A DNA stretch of 64,000 nt from assembly GCA_040384445.1 (NCBI GenBank), contig JAZKJG010000002.1, positions 90,087 through 154,086 of the forward strand. The letters are read 5' to 3'. This document shows, piece by piece, positions 20,109 through 29,715 of the stretch. Under the pieces are notes generated by a model. It was not told where the DNA came from. It was given only the letters and a program-made list of their open reading frames with translations, and did not search any database. The DNA is from Patescibacteria group bacterium (GTDB lineage Bacteria > Patescibacteriota > Minisyncoccia > Phycocordibacterales > CAIZLB01). Numbering within the stretch: the stretch's first letter is position 1; every line of letters begins with the position of its first letter. The position numbers were made by a program, and so were the translations under genes.

Positions 20109-20164
20109 GCACCACCCAACAAAATAAAAAGCCGCCCCACCCGTAGGTGGTTTGGCAATGTGAT

Positions 20165-20770
20165 TCACACTTTTCGCACAAAGGACTCTCCTTTATATAC
20201 GGCAAGCATAAATCTGAGTCTTCGTTGTAATCCAGCTTTCTCTGGACGATCTTCCTCATAATAGAGAGGCATGACATTCACGACACTTGAGTAGTTTCCG
20301 GAATTCAATCTTCCGGGACCATTCACAAGCTTTTTCAAGTTGTTCTTACCGGTATTTTGAGCGAAGAACACAAGCGCAGCCTCTTGTTCAGGACTAAGAG
20401 GAACCTTGACCGTTTTTCTAACAATCGAACGGTAGGTAAGCAGAGTAACGTTTTCATACCAGTTATCTGCCTGTTCTTTGGTCATCCTCCGAGGGAATTT
20501 AGAGCCAGGTGGCAATATTCCTTCAGCAACGGCATCTTCGATTTCGTCCGGAGTTACTCCGTACCCGATATCGTTGCTGGACGTAACAGTGACGATGTAC
20601 TTTTTGCCGGTGGCAAGAGGATAGTTCTCGTGTTTAGCGAGTTCTTGAACTGCCGCAGTAGGCAGTGGTGGCAGGCTCCGAATGAATTCAGGAGTCACGG
20701 CAGAGTGGACGCTCTCCACAAGGGAGAAGAGGTAGATTAGGATGGCTATAGGGATCAGAATTCTCATCAA
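20165..20770 (-). CDS. Secreted GH24 (phage-type) lysozyme-like protein
   Basis: Signal peptide; LAKHE, IGYG, MTKEQA, VKVPLSPEQEAALVFFAQNTG, GLQRR. Confidence 0.7.
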   Translation of the reverse strand: MMRILIPIAILIYLFSLVESVHSAVTPEFIRSLPPLPTAAVQELAKHENYPLATGKKYIVTVTSSNDIGYGVTPDEIEDAVAEGILPPGSKFPRRMTKEQADNWYENVTLLTYRSIVRKTVKVPLSPEQEAALVFFAQNTGKNNLKKLVNGPGRLNSGNYSSVVNVMPLYYEEDRPEKAGLQRRLRFMLAVYKGESFVRKV

Positions 20771-20937
20771 TAACTAATGTTCGGGTTGAATCTAAATTGC
20801 CTTTTTGTGCAAAATTTGTACAAAGGGGTAATCTTCTTGGGGTCCCAAGACAGTCTTCCAGAATGGAAGGTGAGATATATTTACCATAATCTATATTACA
20901 TCACTTGTCAAGGCCCTTGCGTGGTATAATATTTTCC

Positions 20938-21531
20938 ATGTCTATAATCACATTAGCTATCCTTATTGTTTCAATTATTGCTCATGAAGTAGCGCACGGT
21001 ATTGCTGCACTTTGGCAAGGTGATCCCACTGCAAAACATGCAGGCAGATTAACATTGAACCCTGTTCCTCATATTGATCCTGTTGGTTCAATAATGGTCC
21101 CACTTGTGTGTGCTGTGTTGTCTCCAGGGTTTATGTTTGGATGGGCAAAACCTGTTCCTATAAATCCATATAACTTTAGAAATCAGAGATGGGGAGAGGC
21201 TCTTGTTGCATTTGCTGGTCCACTTATAAATATTATTATCGCTCTTGTGTTTACGGCATTCATTCGCTCTGGAGAATTTGGATATGCGTTTACGCAGTTT
21301 GCAATTTCTGCAATTGTAATCAACGTAGTACTTGCATTCTTTAACTTGATTCCAATTCCACCACTAGATGGATCAAAGATTTTATTTTCAGTGTTACCTG
21401 ATCGATATTATCGATTTAAAACCTGGGTTGAGCAAAAGGGGTTTTTGATTAGTATTGTGATTGTGTTACTGGCGTGGCAGTTTTTGGCACCGGCTGCATT
21501 GTATTTGGTTGGAGTGTTGATTGGGTCATAA
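20938..21531 (+). CDS. Site-2 (M50) intramembrane metalloprotease
   Basis: HEVAH, AGPLIN, NLIPIPPLDG. Confidence 0.92.
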   Translation: MSIITLAILIVSIIAHEVAHGIAALWQGDPTAKHAGRLTLNPVPHIDPVGSIMVPLVCAVLSPGFMFGWAKPVPINPYNFRNQRWGEALVAFAGPLINIIIALVFTAFIRSGEFGYAFTQFAISAIVINVVLAFFNLIPIPPLDGSKILFSVLPDRYYRFKTWVEQKGFLISIVIVLLAWQFLAPAALYLVGVLIGS

Positions 21532-21572
21532 AAAACACCCGGCTCGGTTGAGCCGGGGTTGGGGTGGATTTT

Positions 21573-22271
21573 TTAAAAATTTCTGTCATATGAATCTGGG
21601 TGACCGAGTCCTGGTGGTTTTAGTTTTCGTTCGCAATCATGAACATATTCTTCCATTGGAGGAATGATAAGTCCTGTCTTTGAAACAAGCATTGTTGCGA
21701 GCTCGTCATATCCATGAATTCGCCAGCTCCTAATATTTTCATTGAAATCTGTTGGAAGCTCGAACATTGTTGCTAATCTTTGCAAGATGCGAGGAGATAT
21801 AGTAGGGCTCATGCACTCGGGGTGTAAAATATCCGTTGCAAGATCAAAGGTGATTCCTAACCTGGTTAAAACTTTTTCTAGGCTTTTATCAGCCAAGAAT
21901 CCAAGAGGAAAAAATTTTCCTTTGGTTGCAACAGAAATCAGGGCCCAGGCACCAATTTGTTTCATCTGGAGAGGAAAGTTGCACATTACACTATCAAAGA
22001 AATATCTGGCCCACATATCGTTGAAAACAGAATTGAATGTAACGACTGGAACCGGTTGCCTTTGAATGTAGTCTCTAGCGAAAATGGTGAGTGGTTCATT
22101 ACATGCTTCTAGATTATCCCAACATTTTTTTACTTGCTGGGCGACAAGCTTCTCAATTGCTCCTTGGGATGCTTTTTTATGTTGAGTATCGAGGTCCTGA
22201 AGTTCACCGGGGCGTAAAGGTCTCATTTCAACAACTGGTGTTTCTTGTCCGGGTGTGGTTGTTACTGTCAT
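21573..22271 (-). CDS. Hypothetical protein
   Basis: 232-aa ORF with upstream TTGACG-N17-TAGTTT and a shared terminator. Confidence 0.6.
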   Translation of the reverse strand: MTVTTTPGQETPVVEMRPLRPGELQDLDTQHKKASQGAIEKLVAQQVKKCWDNLEACNEPLTIFARDYIQRQPVPVVTFNSVFNDMWARYFFDSVMCNFPLQMKQIGAWALISVATKGKFFPLGFLADKSLEKVLTRLGITFDLATDILHPECMSPTISPRILQRLATMFELPTDFNENIRSWRIHGYDELATMLVSKTGLIIPPMEEYVHDCERKLKPPGLGHPDSYDRNF

Positions 22272-22387
22272 AATGGAAGTGGTTAAAGTTACATGTGATC
22301 CATCTCATAAACTACACCCAGACCTCTACCACGTCAAATACCACATATCTCTTGCAAAAGCCTTAAAAATATAGTACATTAACCCGC

Positions 22388-22810
22388 ATGCCGACATTAA
22401 ATCAATTAGTTAAGAGAAATCGTTCAAAGGTAGGACGGAAGAGTAAAGCTATTGCCCTTACACGAGGATTCAATACTCTACAAAACCGACCAATTTTCTA
22501 CAACTCACCTTTTAAAAGAGGTGTGTGTACAAAGGTAACTACAAAAACTCCAAAGAAGCCTAACTCAGCCGTTCGAAAGATCTGCAGAGTTCGACTTACA
22601 AACGGATTTGAAGTTACTGCCTACATCGGAGGAGAAGGACATAACCTACAAGAGCACTCAGTAGTTCTACTACGAGGTGGTCGAGTAAAGGACGTTGGAA
22701 TTCGATACACTGTTGTTCGAGGAAAGCTCGACTGTGCAGGAGTAGAGAAACGACGAAAAGTTCGATCTATGTACGGTACAAAAAAGCCAAAAGCTGCAGT
22801 TAAGAAATAA
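22388..22810 (+). CDS. rpsL: 30S ribosomal protein S12
   Basis: [26 protein letters not shown]. Confidence 0.98.
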   Translation: MPTLNQLVKRNRSKVGRKSKAIALTRGFNTLQNRPIFYNSPFKRGVCTKVTTKTPKKPNSAVRKICRVRLTNGFEVTAYIGGEGHNLQEHSVVLLRGGRVKDVGIRYTVVRGKLDCAGVEKRRKVRSMYGTKKPKAAVKK

Positions 22811-22926
22811 AAGATCTTTGAACGAGATTTTGAAACAAAAAATCCACAATCCGGAGTACTGTTGAAAAACAGGAACAAAATTCTACAACGGGTGGTACTT
22901 ATACAAATTAAATAAATTATAAATAT

Positions 22927-23397
22927 ATGCGAAGAAAAGTAAAAAATCGAAATGTTGCTGGAGTTGATCCAAAGTTCAATTCAGAAACTCTAGGTAAATT
23001 CATAAACTACACTATGTGGGACGGTAAAAAAGTTACTGCACGAGGAGTTGTATATGACATGCTAGAAGTTCTTAAAGCAAAAGCTAATACAGAGAATCCT
23101 CTTGAAGTTTTTGATACAGCTATTAAAAATGTATCACCTCAAGTTGAGGTTCGATCAAGACGAGTTGGAGGAGCGAACTATCAGGTTCCTTACGAGATCC
23201 GTCCTGAGAGAAAAACATTCCTAGCTATGAATTGGATCATTGGAGCTGCTCGAAGTAAAAAAGGAAAGCCAATGCACCTAAAACTTGCTGATGAAATAAT
23301 GGCAGCAACAAAAGGAGAAGGAGAAGCTATGAAGAAGAAAGAGAACACTCACAAAATGGCGGAAGCGAACAAAGCGTTTGCTCACATGGCGTGGTAG
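22927..23397 (+). CDS. rpsG: 30S ribosomal protein S7
   Basis: RRVGGANYQVP, HKMAEANKAFAH. Confidence 0.98.
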   Translation: MRRKVKNRNVAGVDPKFNSETLGKFINYTMWDGKKVTARGVVYDMLEVLKAKANTENPLEVFDTAIKNVSPQVEVRSRRVGGANYQVPYEIRPERKTFLAMNWIIGAARSKKGKPMHLKLADEIMAATKGEGEAMKKKENTHKMAEANKAFAHMAW

Positions 23398-23410
23398 TTT
23401 ACTTATAAAC

Positions 23411-23443
23411 AAAAACACCTTGGGTAATACTGGGGTGTTTTTG
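23411..23443 (+). terminator. Terminator after rpsG
   Basis: AAAAACACCTTGG-GTAATA-CTGGGGTGTTTTT. Confidence 0.7.
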
Positions 23444-23467
23444 TTTTGTTGGTGTTATACTCACATC

Positions 23468-24205
23468 ATGACATTTCCACTCCCAATCGAATTTCATTTC
23501 CTCACAGACGTACTCTCAATTTTTATTGCATACAGATATTATCTGTATTTAAAAAGTAAAACAGGAGATTTTCTACCTGAAGACACTCGCTTTGTAACAA
23601 TAGTTGGAGCTGCAACCGGAGCACTTATAGGTTCAAGATTACTTGCATTTATAGAACACTTTGAAACCGCATCTCAATTATCTTGGATGTATATATTTTC
23701 AAGTAAAACAATAGTGGGAGGGGTAATAGGTGGAATTATTGGAGTTGAGATTGCAAAAAAGTTTTTAAAAATTAAAACTGCAACTGGAGACCTATTAACA
23801 TTTCCATTAATTCTTGGAATTATTATTGGACGAATTGGATGTTTCTTTACAGGAGTATTTGATGGGACTGTTGGAAATGTAACCACAATGCCATGGGGAA
23901 TGAATCTTGGAGATGGATTGATTCGCCATCCGACATCGTTATATGAAATTATTTTCTTAGTGATTATGTTTTATGTATTAAAGAAAATTTCGAAAGGTGT
24001 GCCAATGAAGCCAGGGTTACTATTTAGATTATTTGTTGCATCATATTTAGTGTTCAGATTCTGTATTGAATATATTAAACCAATTACTCCTTTGTTTATA
24101 GGTTTATCTGCAATACAGCTAGCTAGTCTCGTATTTGCTTTGTACTATATATATTCAATTGTATTCGTATATGGTTATAGACCGTTTAATGTAAAAGAGG
24201 TATAG
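23468..24205 (+). CDS. Lgt-like prolipoprotein diacylglyceryl transferase family protein
   Basis: GRIGCF, RHPTSLYE, RFCIEY; multiple TM helices; KTIVGG in place of the canonical SFHGG. Confidence 0.8.
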   Translation: MTFPLPIEFHFLTDVLSIFIAYRYYLYLKSKTGDFLPEDTRFVTIVGAATGALIGSRLLAFIEHFETASQLSWMYIFSSKTIVGGVIGGIIGVEIAKKFLKIKTATGDLLTFPLILGIIIGRIGCFFTGVFDGTVGNVTTMPWGMNLGDGLIRHPTSLYEIIFLVIMFYVLKKISKGVPMKPGLLFRLFVASYLVFRFCIEYIKPITPLFIGLSAIQLASLVFALYYIYSIVFVYGYRPFNVKEV

Positions 24206-24212
24206 TTACCGT

Positions 24213-24692
24213 ATGATTAATCCTCAAATAATAGAGTATATTAGAGCTGAAACAGCTAAAGGTACTCCAAGAGATACGATAATTAAGAATTTAACCACAA
24301 GTGGAGGATGGGCTTTCTCAGATGTTGAAAGTCATTTAATAGCTTTTGATAAGGGAGAGTTTCCAGTAAGTCCTATTTCAAATCCTGCATCAAGTATTAA
24401 TACAGAGATTTCTAAACCGAATGTTCGTAAAAACTCAATCATCAAGATTAACATTTTAATTTTTTTGGCGATGGCTGTAGTTATTATTGTACTGCAAGAG
24501 GAAGGTGCTGTTTTGATGTCACTTATGTTCTTTCATGCGGCAATAATGTTTCTAGGAGCAATTCTTGATGGGATCAGAGGTTTAGTTACTAAAAAAAAGA
24601 CAAATGCATTTGAATTCTTAGCAACGTTCGCTCTTATGGGAATAACAGGACTTGGTACCTGTTTTCTATGTCTTGCAGTGCAAGGGATGTAG
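24213..24692 (+). CDS. Membrane protein with three TM helices and a C-terminal GLGTC motif
   Basis: Hydrophobic segments; ends LMGITGLGTCFLCLAVQGM. Confidence 0.7.
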   Translation: MINPQIIEYIRAETAKGTPRDTIIKNLTTSGGWAFSDVESHLIAFDKGEFPVSPISNPASSINTEISKPNVRKNSIIKINILIFLAMAVVIIVLQEEGAVLMSLMFFHAAIMFLGAILDGIRGLVTKKKTNAFEFLATFALMGITGLGTCFLCLAVQGM

Positions 24693-24742
24693 CAATGTGT
24701 TAGTATCACTGTGGATCTAAAACATTTACAGAAAGGTTACAC

Positions 24743-26131
24743 ATGAGCGCTATACAAGAACTTTTAATCGAAGGCTTTGTTAAAAAAACTATAAGCAAGT
24801 GCTTAGTCTGCGAGACACGATGTCCTGCAGAAGTCATAAGTCAAAAATCACAAGACGGAAAGGAATTGATCGTGATGAGACGTACTTGCCCACAACATGG
24901 AACAACAGATGTTGTGATCGGTGATGCTAAATTCTATTGGCATGCCGAAGGGCCTGTTAATAAAGAAGGTTGCGGATGTGGACCAGGAAAAGCTTGTTGC
25001 GTGTCACCAGAAGGAAAAGATGGGACACTGGGGAAAAATGCTACAGCTCCTGACGAAATACTTTCTTTGCCTGAACAGCTTTCGACTTGCCTTGCGCTTA
25101 TCGAAATTGTTGATTCTTGCAATCTTAAGTGTCCAACTTGCTTTGCTGCATCTCCCCATGGAATTGGTGTGAATACTAAGTTCCACTCGTTTGATTTTCT
25201 TACTGGAAATATTGATAGTGTGATCGGTCGAAAACATAAGATCGAAATACTTCAGTTTTCGGGTGGGGAACCTACGATTCACCCTGAATTCTTCCGTTTA
25301 GTACAGTGGGTTATTGCTCATCCGCACATTGAAGTGTTGCTGATTAACACCAATGGTGTTCGCCTTGCTTCTGATCCTGAATTTATGAAAGAGTTCGGTA
25401 AAATCATGATGCTTGAAAATGCGGCACAAAAAATTCAACTTTATCTCCAATACGATGGTCCGCAACTTGCGGGACAAAAAGAATTGAGAGGGGCTGATTT
25501 GCGTGCGATGCGCACAAAGGCAATTCGAGGTTGCGAAGAGATTGGTTTACCTATCACGCTCGCGATGACCGTCACGCGACTAAATCTTGATCATCTCTGG
25601 GAGGCAACTGAATTCGCGATTCCGTTTGAAAATATTCGCGGAATCAGTTTCCAACCAGAATTCCTTGCTGGGAGAAATCCTGGGAAGGAAGATGCATCAC
25701 ATGTGCCAATCAACGTTGCTGATGTCATTAACGGGCTTGTCACCCAATCACATGGAAAAATAATGACAGATGATTTCACTACTTTACCTTGTGGTGACCC
25801 TAACTGTGCAATTATTGGTTGGGGATTCAGGATGATGGGTCGTATTTTCTCACCGAAGAAATTCGGAGTGGAAATCTCAAAAATCCAAGCTAGTCTTCGA
25901 GATAGAATTCATTATAATCTGGAAGACTTGAAGCAGTGTGGTTGTGAGAATTCCAGACTTGGTGACATTATGAAGAGATTGGAAAACCCGATCGCTCGAG
26001 CGTTCCGTTTCTTCATAAAACCATTTATGGATAAATACTCATGGGATGACCACCGGCTCGCAAGATGCTGTACTCATGTTATTACTCCAGACAGGAGACT
26101 TGTGTCCTTCTGTGAGTACTACTCAAGCTAA
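24743..26131 (+). CDS. Radical SAM enzyme, Tes/MJ0619 (GDGT-MAS)-like family
   Basis: CNLKCPTC, SGGEPT, N-terminal CLVC...CPQHG, C-terminal CCTH...FC. Confidence 0.8.
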   Translation: MSAIQELLIEGFVKKTISKCLVCETRCPAEVISQKSQDGKELIVMRRTCPQHGTTDVVIGDAKFYWHAEGPVNKEGCGCGPGKACCVSPEGKDGTLGKNATAPDEILSLPEQLSTCLALIEIVDSCNLKCPTCFAASPHGIGVNTKFHSFDFLTGNIDSVIGRKHKIEILQFSGGEPTIHPEFFRLVQWVIAHPHIEVLLINTNGVRLASDPEFMKEFGKIMMLENAAQKIQLYLQYDGPQLAGQKELRGADLRAMRTKAIRGCEEIGLPITLAMTVTRLNLDHLWEATEFAIPFENIRGISFQPEFLAGRNPGKEDASHVPINVADVINGLVTQSHGKIMTDDFTTLPCGDPNCAIIGWGFRMMGRIFSPKKFGVEISKIQASLRDRIHYNLEDLKQCGCENSRLGDIMKRLENPIARAFRFFIKPFMDKYSWDDHRLARCCTHVITPDRRLVSFCEYYSS

Positions 26132-26146
26132 ATATTGTTTCAATCG

Positions 26147-26177
26147 GCCTACCCGGGTTTTCTCGGGTAGGTTTTTA
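26147..26177 (+). terminator. Intrinsic terminator after the radical SAM gene
   Basis: CCTACCCGGG-TTTT-CTCGGGTAGG-TTTTT. Confidence 0.8.
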
Positions 26178-26199
26178 TTTTGGATGGTATACTTTACGC

Positions 26200-27042
26200 A
26201 TGTACATCCTCCTACAAATACTCAAACTCTTCGCCAAACTACTTGTATATATTGTGCTCATTCTCATCATTGTATTTACAACTTCAAACATCATCACCAC
26301 CCCCTCAAACACTCGAGACTGGAACACTGATCAAACAACTCTCCCATATGCAGATATAAAAGGAAATGAAATAACAATCTACAACGTCCGAAATTTTACA
26401 TACGCATCAACAACAAGCTTTACAGAAAACTATTACGACAAAACATTTGATGTACAAAAACTAAAAAGAGTTTGGTACATCGTAGAACCATTTTCAGGAA
26501 TTCCAGGTTCTGCACATACTTTCTTAAGTTTTGAATTTGAAGATAATCAATTTGTGGCAGTATCAGTAGAGATACGAAAAGAGAAAGGGGAATCATTTCA
26601 CCCTGTAAAAGGTTTATTTAATCAGTACGAACTTATGTACGTATGGGGAGATGAAAAAGATTTAGTTAAGCTTCGATCAAACTATAGAAAAGATGAGGTG
26701 TATGTGTATCCAATTAAAACAACTGAAGAAAAAGCCCGAGCTTTGTTTACAGATATGATCGCTCGAACAAATGAGTTGTATATTCATCCAGAGTTTTACA
26801 ACACAGTTACAAACACATGTACGACAAACATAGTGAAGCATGTAAATGAAGTGACACCAAAGAAAATAAAGATGATCAACAAGAGCGTGATGTTTCCTGA
26901 AAGTTCAGATGAGTTGGCATATAACTTAGGTATGATTGACACAGCGCTTACATTCCCTGAAGCTCGTACACGATTTCATATAAATGAAAAAGCCTTGAAG
27001 TACGCTGACGACAAGGATTTCTCAACTAAGATTAGAGAGTAA
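26200..27042 (+). CDS. DUF4105-family exported protein
   Basis: N-terminal TM; NVRNF, AHTFLSF, SVEIRKE, YEL, FYNTVTNTCTTN. Confidence 0.75.
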   Translation: MYILLQILKLFAKLLVYIVLILIIVFTTSNIITTPSNTRDWNTDQTTLPYADIKGNEITIYNVRNFTYASTTSFTENYYDKTFDVQKLKRVWYIVEPFSGIPGSAHTFLSFEFEDNQFVAVSVEIRKEKGESFHPVKGLFNQYELMYVWGDEKDLVKLRSNYRKDEVYVYPIKTTEEKARALFTDMIARTNELYIHPEFYNTVTNTCTTNIVKHVNEVTPKKIKMINKSVMFPESSDELAYNLGMIDTALTFPEARTRFHINEKALKYADDKDFSTKIRE

Positions 27043-29625
27043 TTACTTCACCTTCATAAACATCCACTTCGTAAACTCAATCACTCCAAGGTTGAAGATA
27101 TTCCACACAATAATAACCCACACAAACCCAAGTGGAATGTACGTCATATCAAACACTCGATGTGCAAATGGAACAGTTACTGTAAGTGTGATGAGCGAGA
27201 GAGCAATACTATTCGCAATATTTAATCGTACATTTGAAAATGGATTATAATGAATGATCAGTTTATCTAGATTTCTAAATGAGTACGAAATAGTAAGAAT
27301 GTATGTAGAGAAACACACAAAGAATATAGATCGTGCCACAGTTACATCGGCAATACTTTTTGTGAGAGCATAGTATAAGAAGAATAGAAGCAGAGAAGAG
27401 AATACTCCAAGACCTATTGCCATAAACTTCACTTTGAATCCAAAAATATGTTTACCTTTTCTATTCTTGTGCACCGTATGGTTACTGTCATACGCAAAGG
27501 CAATTGCAGGAAGGGTTCCAGTAATAATATTTACCCAAATAATCTGCAGTGCATTAAGGGGCAATGCAAGACCAGTGATAAGTGCACCCGTAATCACAAA
27601 TACCTCATCTAGAGAACTCGACATTAAGTATACGAACACCTTTTGAATATTCGCCCGAATTTTATGACCCTCAGTAATCGTATCTGTAATTGTCTTAAAG
27701 TTGTTATCTAGCAGAATCATATCTGCTGCGCTTTTAGCCACATCACTTCCAGAAGCAAGGGAAATACCAATATCCATTGCTTTAAGTGCTGGTGAGTCAT
27801 TTACACCGTCCCCAGTCATTGCGACAACTTCACCGAGAGATCGATATAGATTTCCAATTCGAAGTTTATCTTCAGGAGTCACTCGCACGAAGATTTTAAT
27901 TTTAGGTAGTACAACAGTGAGCTCATCATCAGTAAATTTTCGAATCTGCTCACCACTTAGAATCTCTTCATCTGTCGCTTCAATTCCTACTTTATGTGCG
28001 ATATATTTTGCGGTCCCTGGAAGGTCACCTGTGATAATTTTTACATCAACTCCTTTAGCTTGAATCTCTTTGATACTATGCCCAATGTTTTCCCGAAGAG
28101 GATCAGAGAAGGTAAATAGACCTAGAAATTCTAATCCTTCAATTGAGTTATCTTCTACATGTATCTTTTTCTTTTTACCAATAGCAATAAGACGTTTTCC
28201 TTGTTCACTGAGTTTAATAAAGTTCTGTTCAATAACACTTTTCTTTTCATTAGATAAAGTTGAATTCTTCAAAAGAATTTCTGGCGCACCAAGAATAGTT
28301 AATTCATGCTCATCAGATGAGATAGAGAATTTGTTCGTCGAGTTAAATGGGGAAGTGAGCGTGTGCTTTTTTGAACTTGTACTTTCTATATTATGTTCAT
28401 GAATACTTTTTAAAATAATAATATCAAACGGACTTCCACTATACATCCAATTTTTTCTATCGTCAGTAACTTTCTCAACTGTTGCTTCAGAGTTATAAAA
28501 TGCAATTGAAAGCAACTCTTTATGAGTAGAAGATATTGAATTATTTTCTTGAAGATCTCCTGTGATGTCGCTTGTTGTAAAAATATTTCCCAGAGTTAAC
28601 TCTGCTTTAGTAAGTGTTCCAGTCTTGTCAGTTAAAATTAACGTTGTTGATCCAAGTGTTTCTGCTGCAGAAAGTTTTCTGATAAGTCCTCCTTTTTTTG
28701 AAATGTTTAGTACCCCAATTGCGAGAATTACAGTGAGAGTAATAGGTAACGCTTCAGGTACAGCACCAACAGCTACCGCAGAAGAAAGCACAAGCATAGA
28801 GGCGATATCATTTCCTCTATGTATTCCTAGGAAAAATATAAATATAACAATCGCGGATGCAATTAAAAAGATATACCAAGAGATTTGCTTCACTGCATTT
28901 TGAACTGGAGTAAGAGCTTTCTGTGTTTCAGAAACTGAAGATGCGATTTTTCCAATCTCAGTATTATTTCCTGTATTTACAACAACTGCTGTTGCATTTC
29001 CATTTACTACATACGTTCCACAAAAGAGAGAGTTCTTTCGTTCTGTAATCATGTCATTTTCTATAACTCCTTCAGCTTTCTCAACTGGCATAGATTCACC
29101 TGTGAGAATCGCTTCATCAACAGTGAGGTTAATTGATTCTAAAATTCGTACATCTGCTGGAACTCTGCTTCCGTATGAAATATGAATAATATCTCCTGGT
29201 ACTAAATCAATAGCCTCGATCTCAATAATATTTCCATCCCTAAGAACCTTGGCTTTGTTCTTAATATAGTTCTTAAGTTTATCAATAGTATTTTCTGCTT
29301 TAAACTCTTGATATGAGGCGAAGCCGATATTTATAAGTACAGCTCCGAAGATTACAATTGTTTCAACTACTTCTTGTAGATACCATGTTAAGACTCCTGC
29401 AAAGATAAGAATACAGATCAGAGGATTAAAGATCTGAGACATGATGATTCGGAAAGGGGTGTGGGTGTTCTTTGCTTCGAAGGTGTTTGGTCCGTAGATT
29501 GAGAGACGTTTTTTTGCTTCGTCTCCAGTTAGGCCATCGGGAGTAGTTTCCAAAACTTCAGTGAGGGTATTTTCTGGAACTGACCAGTAGATAGTGTTTC
29601 GGTGTTCTTTTGATGAGGTACGCAT
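27043..29625 (-). CDS. Cation-transporting P-type ATPase (Ca2+/type II-like)
   Basis: TGES, PEAL, DKTGT, TGD, GDGVND. Confidence 0.93.
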   Translation of the reverse strand: MRTSSKEHRNTIYWSVPENTLTEVLETTPDGLTGDEAKKRLSIYGPNTFEAKNTHTPFRIIMSQIFNPLICILIFAGVLTWYLQEVVETIVIFGAVLINIGFASYQEFKAENTIDKLKNYIKNKAKVLRDGNIIEIEAIDLVPGDIIHISYGSRVPADVRILESINLTVDEAILTGESMPVEKAEGVIENDMITERKNSLFCGTYVVNGNATAVVVNTGNNTEIGKIASSVSETQKALTPVQNAVKQISWYIFLIASAIVIFIFFLGIHRGNDIASMLVLSSAVAVGAVPEALPITLTVILAIGVLNISKKGGLIRKLSAAETLGSTTLILTDKTGTLTKAELTLGNIFTTSDITGDLQENNSISSTHKELLSIAFYNSEATVEKVTDDRKNWMYSGSPFDIIILKSIHEHNIESTSSKKHTLTSPFNSTNKFSISSDEHELTILGAPEILLKNSTLSNEKKSVIEQNFIKLSEQGKRLIAIGKKKKIHVEDNSIEGLEFLGLFTFSDPLRENIGHSIKEIQAKGVDVKIITGDLPGTAKYIAHKVGIEATDEEILSGEQIRKFTDDELTVVLPKIKIFVRVTPEDKLRIGNLYRSLGEVVAMTGDGVNDSPALKAMDIGISLASGSDVAKSAADMILLDNNFKTITDTITEGHKIRANIQKVFVYLMSSSLDEVFVITGALITGLALPLNALQIIWVNIITGTLPAIAFAYDSNHTVHKNRKGKHIFGFKVKFMAIGLGVFSSLLLFFLYYALTKSIADVTVARSIFFVCFSTYILTISYSFRNLDKLIIHYNPFSNVRLNIANSIALSLITLTVTVPFAHRVFDMTYIPLGFVWVIIVWNIFNLGVIEFTKWMFMKVK

Positions 29626-29715
29626 GTGTTTGATTATACCTGTCATGGTGGGTGGGGTAAATGAAAAACCCCTGGACTACACTTTATGGTGCGGTCCAGG
29701 GAAATTGAATGTGGG

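Noticed and set aside
20165-22271. Prophage around the lysozyme-like gene
   Set aside because: No integrase, holin, terminase or structural genes; the neighbours are rpmB, a site-2 protease and rpsL.
27434-28903. Plus-strand ORFs antisense to the P-type ATPase, and similar shadow ORFs over fusA, rplK, ileS and others
   Set aside because: They lie fully inside well-supported genes on the opposite strand and have no recognisable motifs.
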